Positions 10,407 through 19,871 of a DNA stretch of 64,000 bases are shown piece by piece. The position numbers and the translations under genes were made by a program. Numbering within the stretch: position 1 is the stretch's first letter; each line of letters starts with the position of its first letter. This stretch comes from Candidatus Bathyarchaeota archaeon (GTDB lineage: Archaea > Thermoproteota > Bathyarchaeia > Bathyarchaeales > Bathycorpusculaceae). The notes under the pieces are model-generated. The model saw only the letters and a program-made list of their open reading frames with translations, was not told the origin of the DNA and searched no databases. The stretch is from assembly GCA_963767735.1 (NCBI GenBank), contig CAVYES010000006.1, forward strand, positions 32,001-96,000. The letters are read 5' to 3'.

Positions 10407-10676
10407 TTATATCAGGAGTGCTTTGAGGATTTGGTTTAGTTCTTCCCTGTTTTTGATGCTGCGAAAAATGGCTTTTCCACTTGCGTAGAGGCGGAAAGAT
10501 GTGTCTTGGAAAGTTAACTCAAAGATTATTCCAGCTATGGTGTTTTTCAATTGGGCTTTTTTTAAAATTTGGGCGATAGCCTCATCCTTTTTTTCGTACT
10601 TGAAAACTACTATAACGTCTTTTTCTTCACCGCATGTTCCCTCAATTCGCGCCACGTAATCTTCGATGGTTGCCAT
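10407..10676 (-). CDS. Small hypothetical protein (single Cys), coupled to sufS
   Basis: 89-aa ORF whose ATG overlaps the sufS stop (TAATG); TCG motif and FRLYASGKAIF segment. Confidence 0.7.
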   Translation of the reverse strand: MATIEDYVARIEGTCGEEKDVIVVFKYEKKDEAIAQILKKAQLKNTIAGIIFELTFQDTSFRLYASGKAIFRSIKNREELNQILKALLI

Positions 10677-11905
10677 TAGAGCTGATCAATCTCCTTTAAG
10701 ACTTCAACGAAACGGTCAACTTCCTCGCGGGTGTTGTAAATGTAGAAGCTTGCCCGGTCAGATGAGTGAAGCTTTAGAATTTGCTGATGAAGAGGCTGCG
10801 CGCAATGGTAACCGCTTCGTATCATTATTCCATAGTTGTCACAGATAAGCGCAACATCATGCGACGATAATCCTTTAACGCTGAAAGGTATTATTCCACA
10901 TTTCTTGGTAAGGTCATTGGAGCCGTAAATTGTAACTTTGGTGCATTCTTGCATGCGTTCAATTGCATACTTAGTTAACGCTTTCTCATGGCATAGCACG
11001 TTGTCCATGCCTACTGCTTCAAGATACTTCACTGCTTCAGCTAAACCAACAGCGCCGCCAATGTTAGGCGTGCCTGCCTCAAACTTCCACGGCAGCTCAT
11101 TCCAACTTACGCTACACCCCGCGCCCAAGAACTCTACTTCCTTAATCATTTCTCCGCCACCTTGAAAAGGCGCCATCTTTTCCAGCAAATCTTTTTTGCC
11201 GTAGAGCCCCCCGATGCCTGTTGGACCAAGCATTTTGTGTCCGGAAAAAGCCAGAAAATCCGCATCCAAATCCTGAACATCAACCTTCAAATGCGGCACA
11301 GACTGTGCCCCGTCAACCAGCATTAACGCGCCATTTTCATGGGCAACTTTCGCGATTCGTTTAACATCATTAATTATGCCTGTGACATTTGAAACTTGGC
11401 TCAAGCACGCGATCTTTGTTTTGCTTGAAAATTTGCCCTCAAAATCATCGTAATCCAATGTGCCGTCCAGATTTACGTTGGCATATTTTATGGTGAACCC
11501 TTTAAGTTTAGAGATGATTTCCCAAGGCACAATGTTGCTGTGATGCTCCATTAAGGAAACTAAAACTTCATCATCTTTGCATAAGCTGTTTAGTCCCAAA
11601 GAATATGCAACTAAATTGATTGCTTCTGTTGTGCCTCTAACAAAAACAAGTTCGGAGGCGTCTTTGGCGTTGATGAATTTAGCGATTTTTTCCCGTGAAT
11701 TCTCATAAAAATCAGTGGCTTCTAAAGATAAAGTGTGGACTGCTCTGTGTACATTGCCGTTGTGGTTTTCATAGAAGCTGCTTACCGCGTCTATTACTTG
11801 ATGGGGCTTTTGTGTGGTGGCGGCGTTATCAAAATAAATTAGGGGATTGTTGTTTACTTGCCGTTTTAATATTGGAAAATCTTGCCGAATCGCTTCTACG
11901 TCCAC
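10676..11905 (-). CDS. sufS: Cysteine desulfurase, SufS (group II)
   Basis: YFDNAATTQKP, MEHHSN, DGAQSVPH, SGHKMLGPTG (PLP Lys), RSGYHCAQP (catalytic Cys). Confidence 0.93.
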   Translation of the reverse strand: MDVEAIRQDFPILKRQVNNNPLIYFDNAATTQKPHQVIDAVSSFYENHNGNVHRAVHTLSLEATDFYENSREKIAKFINAKDASELVFVRGTTEAINLVAYSLGLNSLCKDDEVLVSLMEHHSNIVPWEIISKLKGFTIKYANVNLDGTLDYDDFEGKFSSKTKIACLSQVSNVTGIINDVKRIAKVAHENGALMLVDGAQSVPHLKVDVQDLDADFLAFSGHKMLGPTGIGGLYGKKDLLEKMAPFQGGGEMIKEVEFLGAGCSVSWNELPWKFEAGTPNIGGAVGLAEAVKYLEAVGMDNVLCHEKALTKYAIERMQECTKVTIYGSNDLTKKCGIIPFSVKGLSSHDVALICDNYGIMIRSGYHCAQPLHQQILKLHSSDRASFYIYNTREEVDRFVEVLKEIDQL

Positions 11906-11907
11906 GA

Positions 11908-12426
11908 TTACTTCTCAGCCTTCTTCTCGTCCTCTGCCTTCATTCTCTTTGACAGCATCTTTGAAAGTTCTTCCTCTTCCAACGCCTGCTTCTCCTCGAA
12001 CGTATGCTCCGCCGGCATCCAGCTTGGAGCAGCAACATTTCTTTGCGTGAAATATTGCCGTATTGCCCGTTTCAGCGCGCCTACCGCAAGGACTCCGCAG
12101 TGGAATTTGACGCTTGGCAACCCGCCGATTTCCTCAGTGACTCTCTTCCAAGTTATCTCTTCCCAAGCTTTCTCAAGAGTTAAACCCTTAATCATCTCAG
12201 TTACAATGCTTGATGTGGCGATGTTGGCGGCGCAGCCGTAGCTTTCAAAGCTTGCCTTCTCAATAACGTCTTTATCGGTTATTTTCAGGTAGAATGTTAT
12301 CATGTCTCCGCAAGCTGGGTTTCCAGCGACTGCTACTACGGTGGCATCTTCCATTTTTCCCAGGTTCTTGGGGTGTCTAAATAAATCCATAACTTTTGGG
12401 TTGTACGGTAATGGTATACGTGACAT
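11908..12426 (-). CDS. iscU: Fe-S scaffold IscU/NifU-N
   Basis: GNPACGD, YGCAANIA, LPSVKFHC; start taken at MSRIPLPY. Confidence 0.9.
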   Translation of the reverse strand: MSRIPLPYNPKVMDLFRHPKNLGKMEDATVVAVAGNPACGDMITFYLKITDKDVIEKASFESYGCAANIATSSIVTEMIKGLTLEKAWEEITWKRVTEEIGGLPSVKFHCGVLAVGALKRAIRQYFTQRNVAAPSWMPAEHTFEEKQALEEEELSKMLSKRMKAEDEKKAEK

Positions 12427-12427
12427 A

Positions 12428-13651
12428 CTAATGCACTCCTGTTGAGCCAACTATCCCTCTAATACGATTGACAGCTGTAGGTAAAGCTTCTAAAACGTAG
12501 GCTATATCCTCTTCTGTGTGGCTACGCGTGACTTTCATCAGAATGCTGCCGTGAGCTTCCTCGAATATGCGTCCAATAGCGATAAGAACATGGCTTGGCT
12601 GCAAAAGTCGGCGGCTGCATGCGCTTCCGCTGGAAACGTAGATGCCTTTGAGGCTAAGTTCAATGGTTAATGCTTCGCCTTCAGCTCGCAGGAAACTAAC
12701 ATTAGCGTTGTCGGGGGACCGTTTATCGCCTTTTGGACCGTTAAAACGCAAGTCATCAAGCTCGCCAAATATGCCTTCAACCAGCATGTCCCGCAGCTTT
12801 CGCATCTTGGTGGTGTTTGCTTCGAAGTTTTGGAATGCAAGCTCCGACGCCTTGGTGAAGCCGACAATTAACGGGGTGTTTTCGACTCCTGGCCAGAGCT
12901 TCTGTGTTCCAATCTGTCCTTCCAAAATGCGCTCCATGTTTACGCCGTCACGCAGATACATTGCACCCATGCCTCGTGGTCCCTGAATCTTGTAGCTGCT
13001 GATAGTGGCTAAGTCCACGTTTAAGTCTTGCACGTTAAAGGGAATCCTGCCATAAGCATCTGACGCGTCGGTGTGGAAGAGCGCCCCCGGATTTTTGGCT
13101 TTAACAATATCTACCGCTTCTTTGATCGGTTGCACTGTCCCAATTTCATTGTTCACGGCTGAAACGCTTACAAGAATCGTGTCGTTGTCGACTGCTTCTT
13201 TGAGTTTCTCAAGGTTGATGAAGCCTTCATGATTGACTTTGACTTTTTGGGTGGTGAAACCGAACTTCTGCATCATCTCAGCGACTTGCATCACGTTTAC
13301 TGGTTCGATTTCAGATATGATGATTTTTTTGCCTTTGCTTTTTTGCGCAAAACATGTGCCCATGATGGCTAAGTTGTTGGCTTCTGTTTCACCTGGAGTG
13401 AAGGTTATTTCTTCCAGGATTTTTGCGCCCATTGTCTTGCTGATTTTTTGGAAACAGTTCATTATGACTTCAAAAGCTTCCCAGCCTGGCTTATGCGTGA
13501 GCGTAGGGTTGCCATAGGCTTTCTTGTCAAAATAAGGCAACATCTCGTCAACCACTTCTTTAGGAACTATGCTGGAGTTCTCGTTGTCAAGGTAAACCTC
13601 GTGCGTTATACCTTCATGCAGTTTAAGGAGTTCTTTCACGTTTTCAACCAT
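12428..13651 (-). CDS. IscS/NifS-family protein (group I desulfurase fold) with degenerate PLP site
   Basis: VNNEIGTVQP, SSYKIQGPRG, SSGSACS, PSHVLIAIG; many active-site substitutions (see findings). Confidence 0.85.
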   Translation of the reverse strand: MVENVKELLKLHEGITHEVYLDNENSSIVPKEVVDEMLPYFDKKAYGNPTLTHKPGWEAFEVIMNCFQKISKTMGAKILEEITFTPGETEANNLAIMGTCFAQKSKGKKIIISEIEPVNVMQVAEMMQKFGFTTQKVKVNHEGFINLEKLKEAVDNDTILVSVSAVNNEIGTVQPIKEAVDIVKAKNPGALFHTDASDAYGRIPFNVQDLNVDLATISSYKIQGPRGMGAMYLRDGVNMERILEGQIGTQKLWPGVENTPLIVGFTKASELAFQNFEANTTKMRKLRDMLVEGIFGELDDLRFNGPKGDKRSPDNANVSFLRAEGEALTIELSLKGIYVSSGSACSRRLLQPSHVLIAIGRIFEEAHGSILMKVTRSHTEEDIAYVLEALPTAVNRIRGIVGSTGVH

Positions 13652-13797
13652 AGAGTATCCTCCTGTTTTGAGGGATAATATAACTCGTTACATTGCTAGT
13701 ATCTAGTTCAAATAGAAAAATGTAGCTGAAAAAACCGTTTTCGCAACGGCTAATTCTATTAATCAGCTAGTTCAATAACTGATAAATCAACGAATTA

Positions 13798-16044
13798 ATG
13801 GCGAGTTCAAAGTTGAAGATTGCAGAGTTGCCCGTACCCGAATCAGTTAAAGATATCCTGCTTAACTCGGGAATTACCGAATTGTTTCCGCCGCAGGAAG
13901 AAACTATACGAGCAGGAGTGCTTGAAGGCAAAAACATTCTTTTAGCCAGCCCAACCGCCTCGGGCAAAACTTTGATTGCTGAACTCTGCGGTCTCAAGCA
14001 CATTTTGGAAAAGAATGGCAAAGTAATTTATCTCTCGCCACTTCGAGCGTTGGCAAGTGAAAAGTTTGAGGAATTCAGGAAATACTCATCTATCAGAAAG
14101 GTGAGCGGAAGAAAAGTCAGCGTTGGCATCAGCACGGGCGATTTTGATACCGCTGACAATTGGCTTGAGCGCTATGACATTATAGTTACCACAAATGAGA
14201 AGGCGGATTCGCTTCTGCGGCACCGTGCCAAATGGATGGATGAAATTTCCCTAGTTGTGGCGGATGAGGTTCACCTTTTAAACGATGCAGGTCGTGGTCC
14301 AACCCTTGAAGTGGTGTTGGCTAGGCTACTGCAGGTTAATCCTGACATTCAGGTTTTAGCGTTAAGCGCCACTATAAACAACGTGGACGAAATCGCGTCG
14401 TGGCTGAAAGCCAACTACATTGTGACTGAGTGGCGTCCAGTGTCGCTTAAGGAAGGCGTGTTGCTGAATGAGGAAATTCAGTACAAGGATGGCGATGCAA
14501 GAAAAATCGAGAAGAAAACGCGGTACCCAACAGTAAATTTGATACTGAACACGCTGAAGACGGGTGGGCAAGCCCTCGTTTTTGCTTCGACAAGGAAAAA
14601 CTCGGTTTCAGCCGCAAAAACCATTGCCCAACACACGGGCGAAGTGTTATCTAAGCCTATGAAGCGGACGCTGGAGCATGAAGCAGAAAAAATCCTCTCT
14701 GCGGGCGAGCGGACGCAAATCAGCGAAACTCTCGCTGAGCTTGTTAGGTGCGGCACAGCTTTTCACCATGCTGGCTTAGCGGGGGTTCATCGTAAGTTGA
14801 TTGAGGATTCGTTTAAGGAGGGAAAAATCAAAGTTTTAACCGCCACGCCCACGCTGGCGTTCGGCGTTAACTTGCCTGCGCGAACGGTTATTATTCAGGA
14901 TTACAGGCGTTTTGAGCCAGGCTACGGCAACTACCCAATCAGCGTGCTTGATTATAAGCAGATGGCGGGAAGGGCGGGGCGACCAAAATACGACAAAGTC
15001 GGCGAATCAATCCTTATCGCTAAAACCTCCGATGAAGCAGACTACCTGATGGAAGGCTACGTTTTAGCTAAAACCGAGCGGATTTGGTCCAGGTTAGGGG
15101 TTGAAAAAATAATCCGCGGGCACGTGTTGGCAACGGTCGCTTCAGATTTTGCGCACTCCGAACAGGGGATTTACGAGTTTTTCGGCAAAACCTTCTACGC
15201 TTACCAATACGACGTTAAGGCAATCAAGGGCATTATCGGCAAAATCCTTGAGTACCTCTATGAAGAGAAAATGATTGATTACGTCGGAGACAACCTCTGC
15301 GCCACAAAGTTTGGGAAAAAGATAAGTGAACTCTACATTGACCCGCTCTCAGGAGTGGTAATCCGCGATGCCCTGAAAAACAAGCCCGCTTCCCTGACAG
15401 ATTTTGGCATGCTTCACTTGGTTTCGCACACGCCCGACATGGGACCAGTTATGAGACCCTACGCGCGAGAGTGCGATGCATTGGCGGTTGCGCTTGAAGA
15501 GCGAAAAGACGAGTTATTCACTGATATTCCAAACGAGCGGGGCGACCACTTCGAGTACGAGCAGTTTTTGGGCGAAATCAAAACGGCGTTGGTTATGAAG
15601 AGTTGGATTGAGGAAGTCAGCGAAGAAAAACTCATTGAACAGTTTAACGTGCAGCCCGGAGACTTGTATCGGACCATTGAGAATGCGAAGTGGCTGCTTC
15701 ACGCCACCGACGAGTTAGCTTCACTTTTCGGAGAAAAAGAAGTTCTGCCGCTAACTAACGAGTTGATTGAACGTGTTGCTAAAGGCATAAAGAAAGAGCT
15801 ACTGCCCATCGTCAAGCTGGAAGGCGTAGGCAGAGTCCGCGGACGCATCATGTACAATGCAGGCTACCAAACCATAGAAGACATAAAGCACGCATCAATC
15901 GAAGAATTGACGAATTTGCCACTTGTTGGTCCAAGGTTAGCTAAGAAAATCAAGGAACAAGTCGGTGGATTCGTAAAAAAGGATACATGGGAAAAGCTTG
16001 ACAAAGAGCCAGAATTTAAGCAAAGGGCGATGTCTGACTTTTAA
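13798..16044 (+). CDS. hel308: Ski2-like DNA helicase Hel308/Hjm
   Basis: PTASGKT, DEVH, SAT, FHHAGL, TPTLAFGVNLPAR, QMAGRAGRP; C-terminal HhH with GVGRVRGR. Confidence 0.93.
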   Translation: MASSKLKIAELPVPESVKDILLNSGITELFPPQEETIRAGVLEGKNILLASPTASGKTLIAELCGLKHILEKNGKVIYLSPLRALASEKFEEFRKYSSIRKVSGRKVSVGISTGDFDTADNWLERYDIIVTTNEKADSLLRHRAKWMDEISLVVADEVHLLNDAGRGPTLEVVLARLLQVNPDIQVLALSATINNVDEIASWLKANYIVTEWRPVSLKEGVLLNEEIQYKDGDARKIEKKTRYPTVNLILNTLKTGGQALVFASTRKNSVSAAKTIAQHTGEVLSKPMKRTLEHEAEKILSAGERTQISETLAELVRCGTAFHHAGLAGVHRKLIEDSFKEGKIKVLTATPTLAFGVNLPARTVIIQDYRRFEPGYGNYPISVLDYKQMAGRAGRPKYDKVGESILIAKTSDEADYLMEGYVLAKTERIWSRLGVEKIIRGHVLATVASDFAHSEQGIYEFFGKTFYAYQYDVKAIKGIIGKILEYLYEEKMIDYVGDNLCATKFGKKISELYIDPLSGVVIRDALKNKPASLTDFGMLHLVSHTPDMGPVMRPYARECDALAVALEERKDELFTDIPNERGDHFEYEQFLGEIKTALVMKSWIEEVSEEKLIEQFNVQPGDLYRTIENAKWLLHATDELASLFGEKEVLPLTNELIERVAKGIKKELLPIVKLEGVGRVRGRIMYNAGYQTIEDIKHASIEELTNLPLVGPRLAKKIKEQVGGFVKKDTWEKLDKEPEFKQRAMSDF

Positions 16045-16170
16045 ATTCTCAACTCAGGTCGCGCTTTTTTTTGTTTGCCTATAACAACGCCAAAGTTTTT
16101 CATATAAGATTGTTGTGCACGTTTATATCTGTAGACCTGCTGAAATGGCTAAAACAAGGAATTTGGGTAA

Positions 16171-16659
16171 ATGGCAACTCCGAAGAAACCGTATTTAAAA
16201 CGAGATGTTGGAATTGTTTTGTTTATAACACTCCTTGTCGTAACTGTATTTACAGTGTACCTTTTTGAAAGTCAACAGATTAAGACGGCAAACATAAATC
16301 CCTTTACAAATAGCGGTCACTCACCTTCCAGTCCTCAAGCTCCAACGCCATACCCAAGTCCAACCGTTGTTATTAATGAAATCCAAGTATCAGGTACAAT
16401 CAATATAGCAAGTTTGGAAACTCAGCCTATATCAATAGAATTTTTGGATACTGCGACAAATTCAGGATATTTCGCATCAATTCAAAATGGGTTTTATAGC
16501 ACGTCTCTTCCAAATCAACAGACTTATGATGTGTTTGCCACTTGGGGCGGGTCAACAGTCAATATTAACGGCGTACCGACAAGTGCCTACGGTATGGGAA
16601 CATTCAACCTTAATGCAGGCGTTGGAATAACGTCAATTACAAAAAACTTCTCAGGCTAA
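16171..16659 (+). CDS. Hypothetical membrane-anchored/exported protein
   Basis: N-terminal TM helix, Pro/Ser/Thr linker, beta-rich C-terminal domain. Confidence 0.65.
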   Translation: MATPKKPYLKRDVGIVLFITLLVVTVFTVYLFESQQIKTANINPFTNSGHSPSSPQAPTPYPSPTVVINEIQVSGTINIASLETQPISIEFLDTATNSGYFASIQNGFYSTSLPNQQTYDVFATWGGSTVNINGVPTSAYGMGTFNLNAGVGITSITKNFSG

Positions 16660-16680
16660 AGGAATGAACCGAGTTAGGCT

Positions 16681-16696
16681 GAGAGAGAGAGAGAGA
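16681..16696. repeat. (GA)8 dinucleotide tract
   Basis: gagagagagagagaga between convergent genes. Confidence 0.85.
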
Positions 16697-16718
16697 AGAA
16701 AACTGTTAAGCACGAAAA

Positions 16719-18068
16719 CTAAAGGTTGTTAGTATCGGCTTTTGCGAATTTTTCTGCTTGTTTAACTGCCGTGCCCAAATAGTTCTTGGGGTTTAAAGCT
16801 TTGTCTATCTCTTTTTCGCTCAGTTTGCGACTTACCAATTTGTCGTCGAGGAGAACTTGCTTGAAATCCAGCCTTTCCACTGCACTCTGAATTGTCAGTT
16901 TCCTAAGCATCTCGTGTGCTTCTTGCCTGTTCACGCCCTTTTTTGTCAACGCCATCATCACGGCTTCCGACATGGCGCGTCCCTGCGTAAGGTTCAGGTT
17001 CTGCAGCATCCGCTCTTTATCGATTCGCAGGTTAGCGACGATATTGCACATCAAACTAAGCATGTAATCAACAAGGATGTTTGATTCGGGCAGAATGAAC
17101 CGCTCCGCTGACGACTGAGTTAAGTCCCGCTCATGCCACGTAATCATGTCTTCCAGCGCTGGCATGCTGAGGCTTCGGACGATTCGGGCTAAACCGCAGA
17201 CGCGTTCGCATGTTTCAGGGTTCTGTTTATGCGGCATTGTGGAGCTGCCGACTTGCTTGCTGGCTTCAAACGCCTCGAAGAGTTCGCCGATTTCGGGTCT
17301 CTGAAGCTCCCTTATCTCGGTTGCGAAATTCTCCAGCGAAGAAGCAACCATAGCATAAATGCAAACTAGTTCAGCGTAACGGTCTCTTTGGACAATCTGG
17401 GTTGAAATCTCTGCTGCGGTTAAACCAAGCCGTTTCATTACAAGCTCCTGAATCTGCTCGGCATGCTCACCTAAACCCGCTTGCGTGCCGACTGCGCCGC
17501 TTATTTTCCCGACTAAGACGCGTTTTTTGCAATCGTTTAGCCGTTCTATGTGCCTGTTGACTTCGTAGCCCCAAACCGCAAACTTGAAACCCAAAGTAAT
17601 CGGCAAGGCATGTTGCCCGTGGGTTCTGCCAATCATCACCGTTTCCTTATGTTGAGCCGCTTGCTTTTGCAATATTCCCTTTAAATCGGCTAGCTTTTTC
17701 TCGATAAGGTTTGAGGCGTCTTTCAGCTGCAAGGCGTTCGCGGTATCTACAATGTCGTAGCTTGTTGCGCCCAAATGCACGTAGGCGCCGCTTGACCCGC
17801 AAACCTCAGAGAGCGCACGAACCAACGAGGCAATATCATGCTTAATCTCCCTTTCAATAGCTTTCACACGCTCAACCTTAACATAATTGGTGGAAGCCAT
17901 AGAAGCGATTTTTTCAGCATTCTTCCTTGGAATGTTGCCTACTTCAGCATGCGCCAAAGCCAAGGCAGCTTCAACATCAAGAAGTTTTTGAACTCGTGTT
18001 TCTTCTTCAAAGATTTTAAGCATCTCTGGCGTTCCATAACGGCCAGTATCTATAGGTAGGATAGGCAA
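16719..18068 (-). CDS. purB: Adenylosuccinate lyase
   Basis: HLGATSYD, GRTHGQHA, GSSTMPHKQNPE signature; probable TTG start at 18068. Confidence 0.95.
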   Translation of the reverse strand: MPILPIDTGRYGTPEMLKIFEEETRVQKLLDVEAALALAHAEVGNIPRKNAEKIASMASTNYVKVERVKAIEREIKHDIASLVRALSEVCGSSGAYVHLGATSYDIVDTANALQLKDASNLIEKKLADLKGILQKQAAQHKETVMIGRTHGQHALPITLGFKFAVWGYEVNRHIERLNDCKKRVLVGKISGAVGTQAGLGEHAEQIQELVMKRLGLTAAEISTQIVQRDRYAELVCIYAMVASSLENFATEIRELQRPEIGELFEAFEASKQVGSSTMPHKQNPETCERVCGLARIVRSLSMPALEDMITWHERDLTQSSAERFILPESNILVDYMLSLMCNIVANLRIDKERMLQNLNLTQGRAMSEAVMMALTKKGVNRQEAHEMLRKLTIQSAVERLDFKQVLLDDKLVSRKLSEKEIDKALNPKNYLGTAVKQAEKFAKADTNNL

Positions 18069-18162
18069 GTTGATGTTCCTCAAAGTGAAGGATACACACA
18101 TTAAGGATTAATGTTTTACCAATACTATTGCAGAATGTATTCTGTGTCGAGTGTGTTGTTGC

Positions 18163-19609
18163 ATGAAAGTAACAGTTGCATTGTTAGATAAGCAGCGAAA
18201 TAACGTGGTTGGGCGGGTTCTTGAGTTACTTCAAGCGTTGGGTGATGTGCGGACTTCGCATTTTGGGTTAGCTTCCCCAACGAAGAGTCTTTTTGACAAA
18301 AACCTCGACATCATGAGCAGGCAAGGCCTAATTTCATCAGCCATGGTTGGTTATGTTTCCTCAAAACCTAAAGCGGCGAGCGGCTACGAGTTTTTGCAGT
18401 TAGAGGATGAAACACTGTTTTTTGAAGGAAGAGTCTATTCGCCTATGCCCAAAGCCGCTGTCATGGAACAGGTTGCCAAGGAACCGCAGCACTGCGAAGC
18501 GCTCATGCAAAAATTAATCGCGGATGTCAGACGGAGACTATTCCTTCATCATCCTCAAGGACGGTTGGATTGGAGCTGGAAGAGACCCAGTTGGAGTTCA
18601 ACCGCTCTACTATGGCGAAAACCAAAGCATAGCCGCCATTGCCACAAACCGAAAAGCCCTATGGAAACTTGGAATAGAGAACCCCCTCTCTTTTCCGCCT
18701 GGAAACATTGCTTTTGTGAATCGTGAAGGCTTCCAGTTCAAACCCATCAAAATGCTGACTTTTGCAGAGCCCACGTCGATAACGTTGGATGAGGCAGCAA
18801 AGGGGCTTCAGGTTCTTTTGGAAGAATCAATTCGAAGACGCACGCGTGACGTGAAGGAGGTTGTGGTCGCTTTTTCAGGAGGCTTAGATAGCAGTTTAGT
18901 GGCTTATTTGGCAGATAAGGTTGGAATGAAAGTTAATTTGCTTCATGTTAGCATGGAAAACCAAGCTGAAACGGAAGAGGCTATTGAGGCATCAAACGGT
19001 TTGAATTTGCCGTTGCAGGTGCATTTGTTCAAGGATTCTGATGTGGAAAACACTTTGTCTAAAGCGGTGGCGCTGATTGAGGAGGCTGACCCGATTAAAG
19101 CCAGCGTCGGTTTGCCATTTTATTGGGCGGCAGAAGAAGCCTCTGAAGCAGGTTACCGTGTGATGTTGGCTGGTCAGGGTGCAGATGAACTGTTCGGAGG
19201 CTACCAACGCTACGTAACCGAATACTGCAAAGACGGAAGCGAAGCAGTCCGCAAAACAATGTTCAACGACGTGGTTAGGATTCATGAGAGCAATCTTGAG
19301 CGCGACCTCAAAATCACTGGTTTCCACGATGTCGAGTTGCGCTTGCCCTTTGCCTCGTTTGAGCTTGCCCAGTTTGCGTTGAGCCTGCCGATTGAATGCA
19401 AAATGGAGCATAACCCTGATACTTTGAGAAAGCTTGTTCTGCGTAAGGTAGCGTTGAATGTTGGCATGCCTGCATCGGTAGTAGATAAGCCAAAGAAAGC
19501 GGTGCAGTACTCCACAGGCATAAACGACGCCATCAAAAGGATAGCAAAGAAACAGGGCAAAACAGTCAACGAATACATAGGAGAGCTTTTTCAAGAATCC
19601 AAACGCTGA
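18163..19609 (+). pseudogene. Asparagine synthase-like protein, one frameshift near 18525
   Basis: RDPVGVQPLYY, AFSGGLDSS, AGQGADELFGGY, KKAVQYSTG; N-terminal part lies in another frame; possibly a sequencing error. Confidence 0.78.
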
Positions 19610-19812
19610 GCTTTTGGTTTTTCTTTAGGAATCCGTAGTATTAATTGGTCCGTGCCTCTTTGTCGAAAAAATGTTACCTTACGGTATTATACTAAACGGT
19701 ATAATTTTGGAGGTCGCTTCATTCTCTGGAAAAAGGTTCTGAATAATTTGCTTAAGGTAAAGCTTCATCTCACGTGAATTTGTCTCTTTAACTTTTTTTA
19801 CAATTCAACCTA

Positions 19813-19852
19813 AACCCAAAATAAGCCCTAAATCAAAAAACAACCACAAAAA
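19813..19852. repeat. Dispersed intergenic repeat, copy 1 (terminator-like on minus strand)
   Basis: TCAAAAAACAACCACAAAAA at 19833-19852 is identical to 62526-62545; adjacent 19-mer matches 62468-62486 at 17/19. Confidence 0.6.
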
Positions 19853-19871
19853 ACCGCCCAAAACGACGGGC

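Noticed and set aside
13798-16044. Helicase as a possible defence-system component
   Set aside because: Canonical housekeeping Hel308 architecture with no defence-type neighbours
18992-19594. 200-aa minus-strand ORF
   Set aside because: Antisense to the asnB-like synthetase domain; no recognisable features
19610-19790. Short ACGGTAT direct repeat and broken minus-strand frames
   Set aside because: Too short, with multiple stops; cannot support a gene or operator
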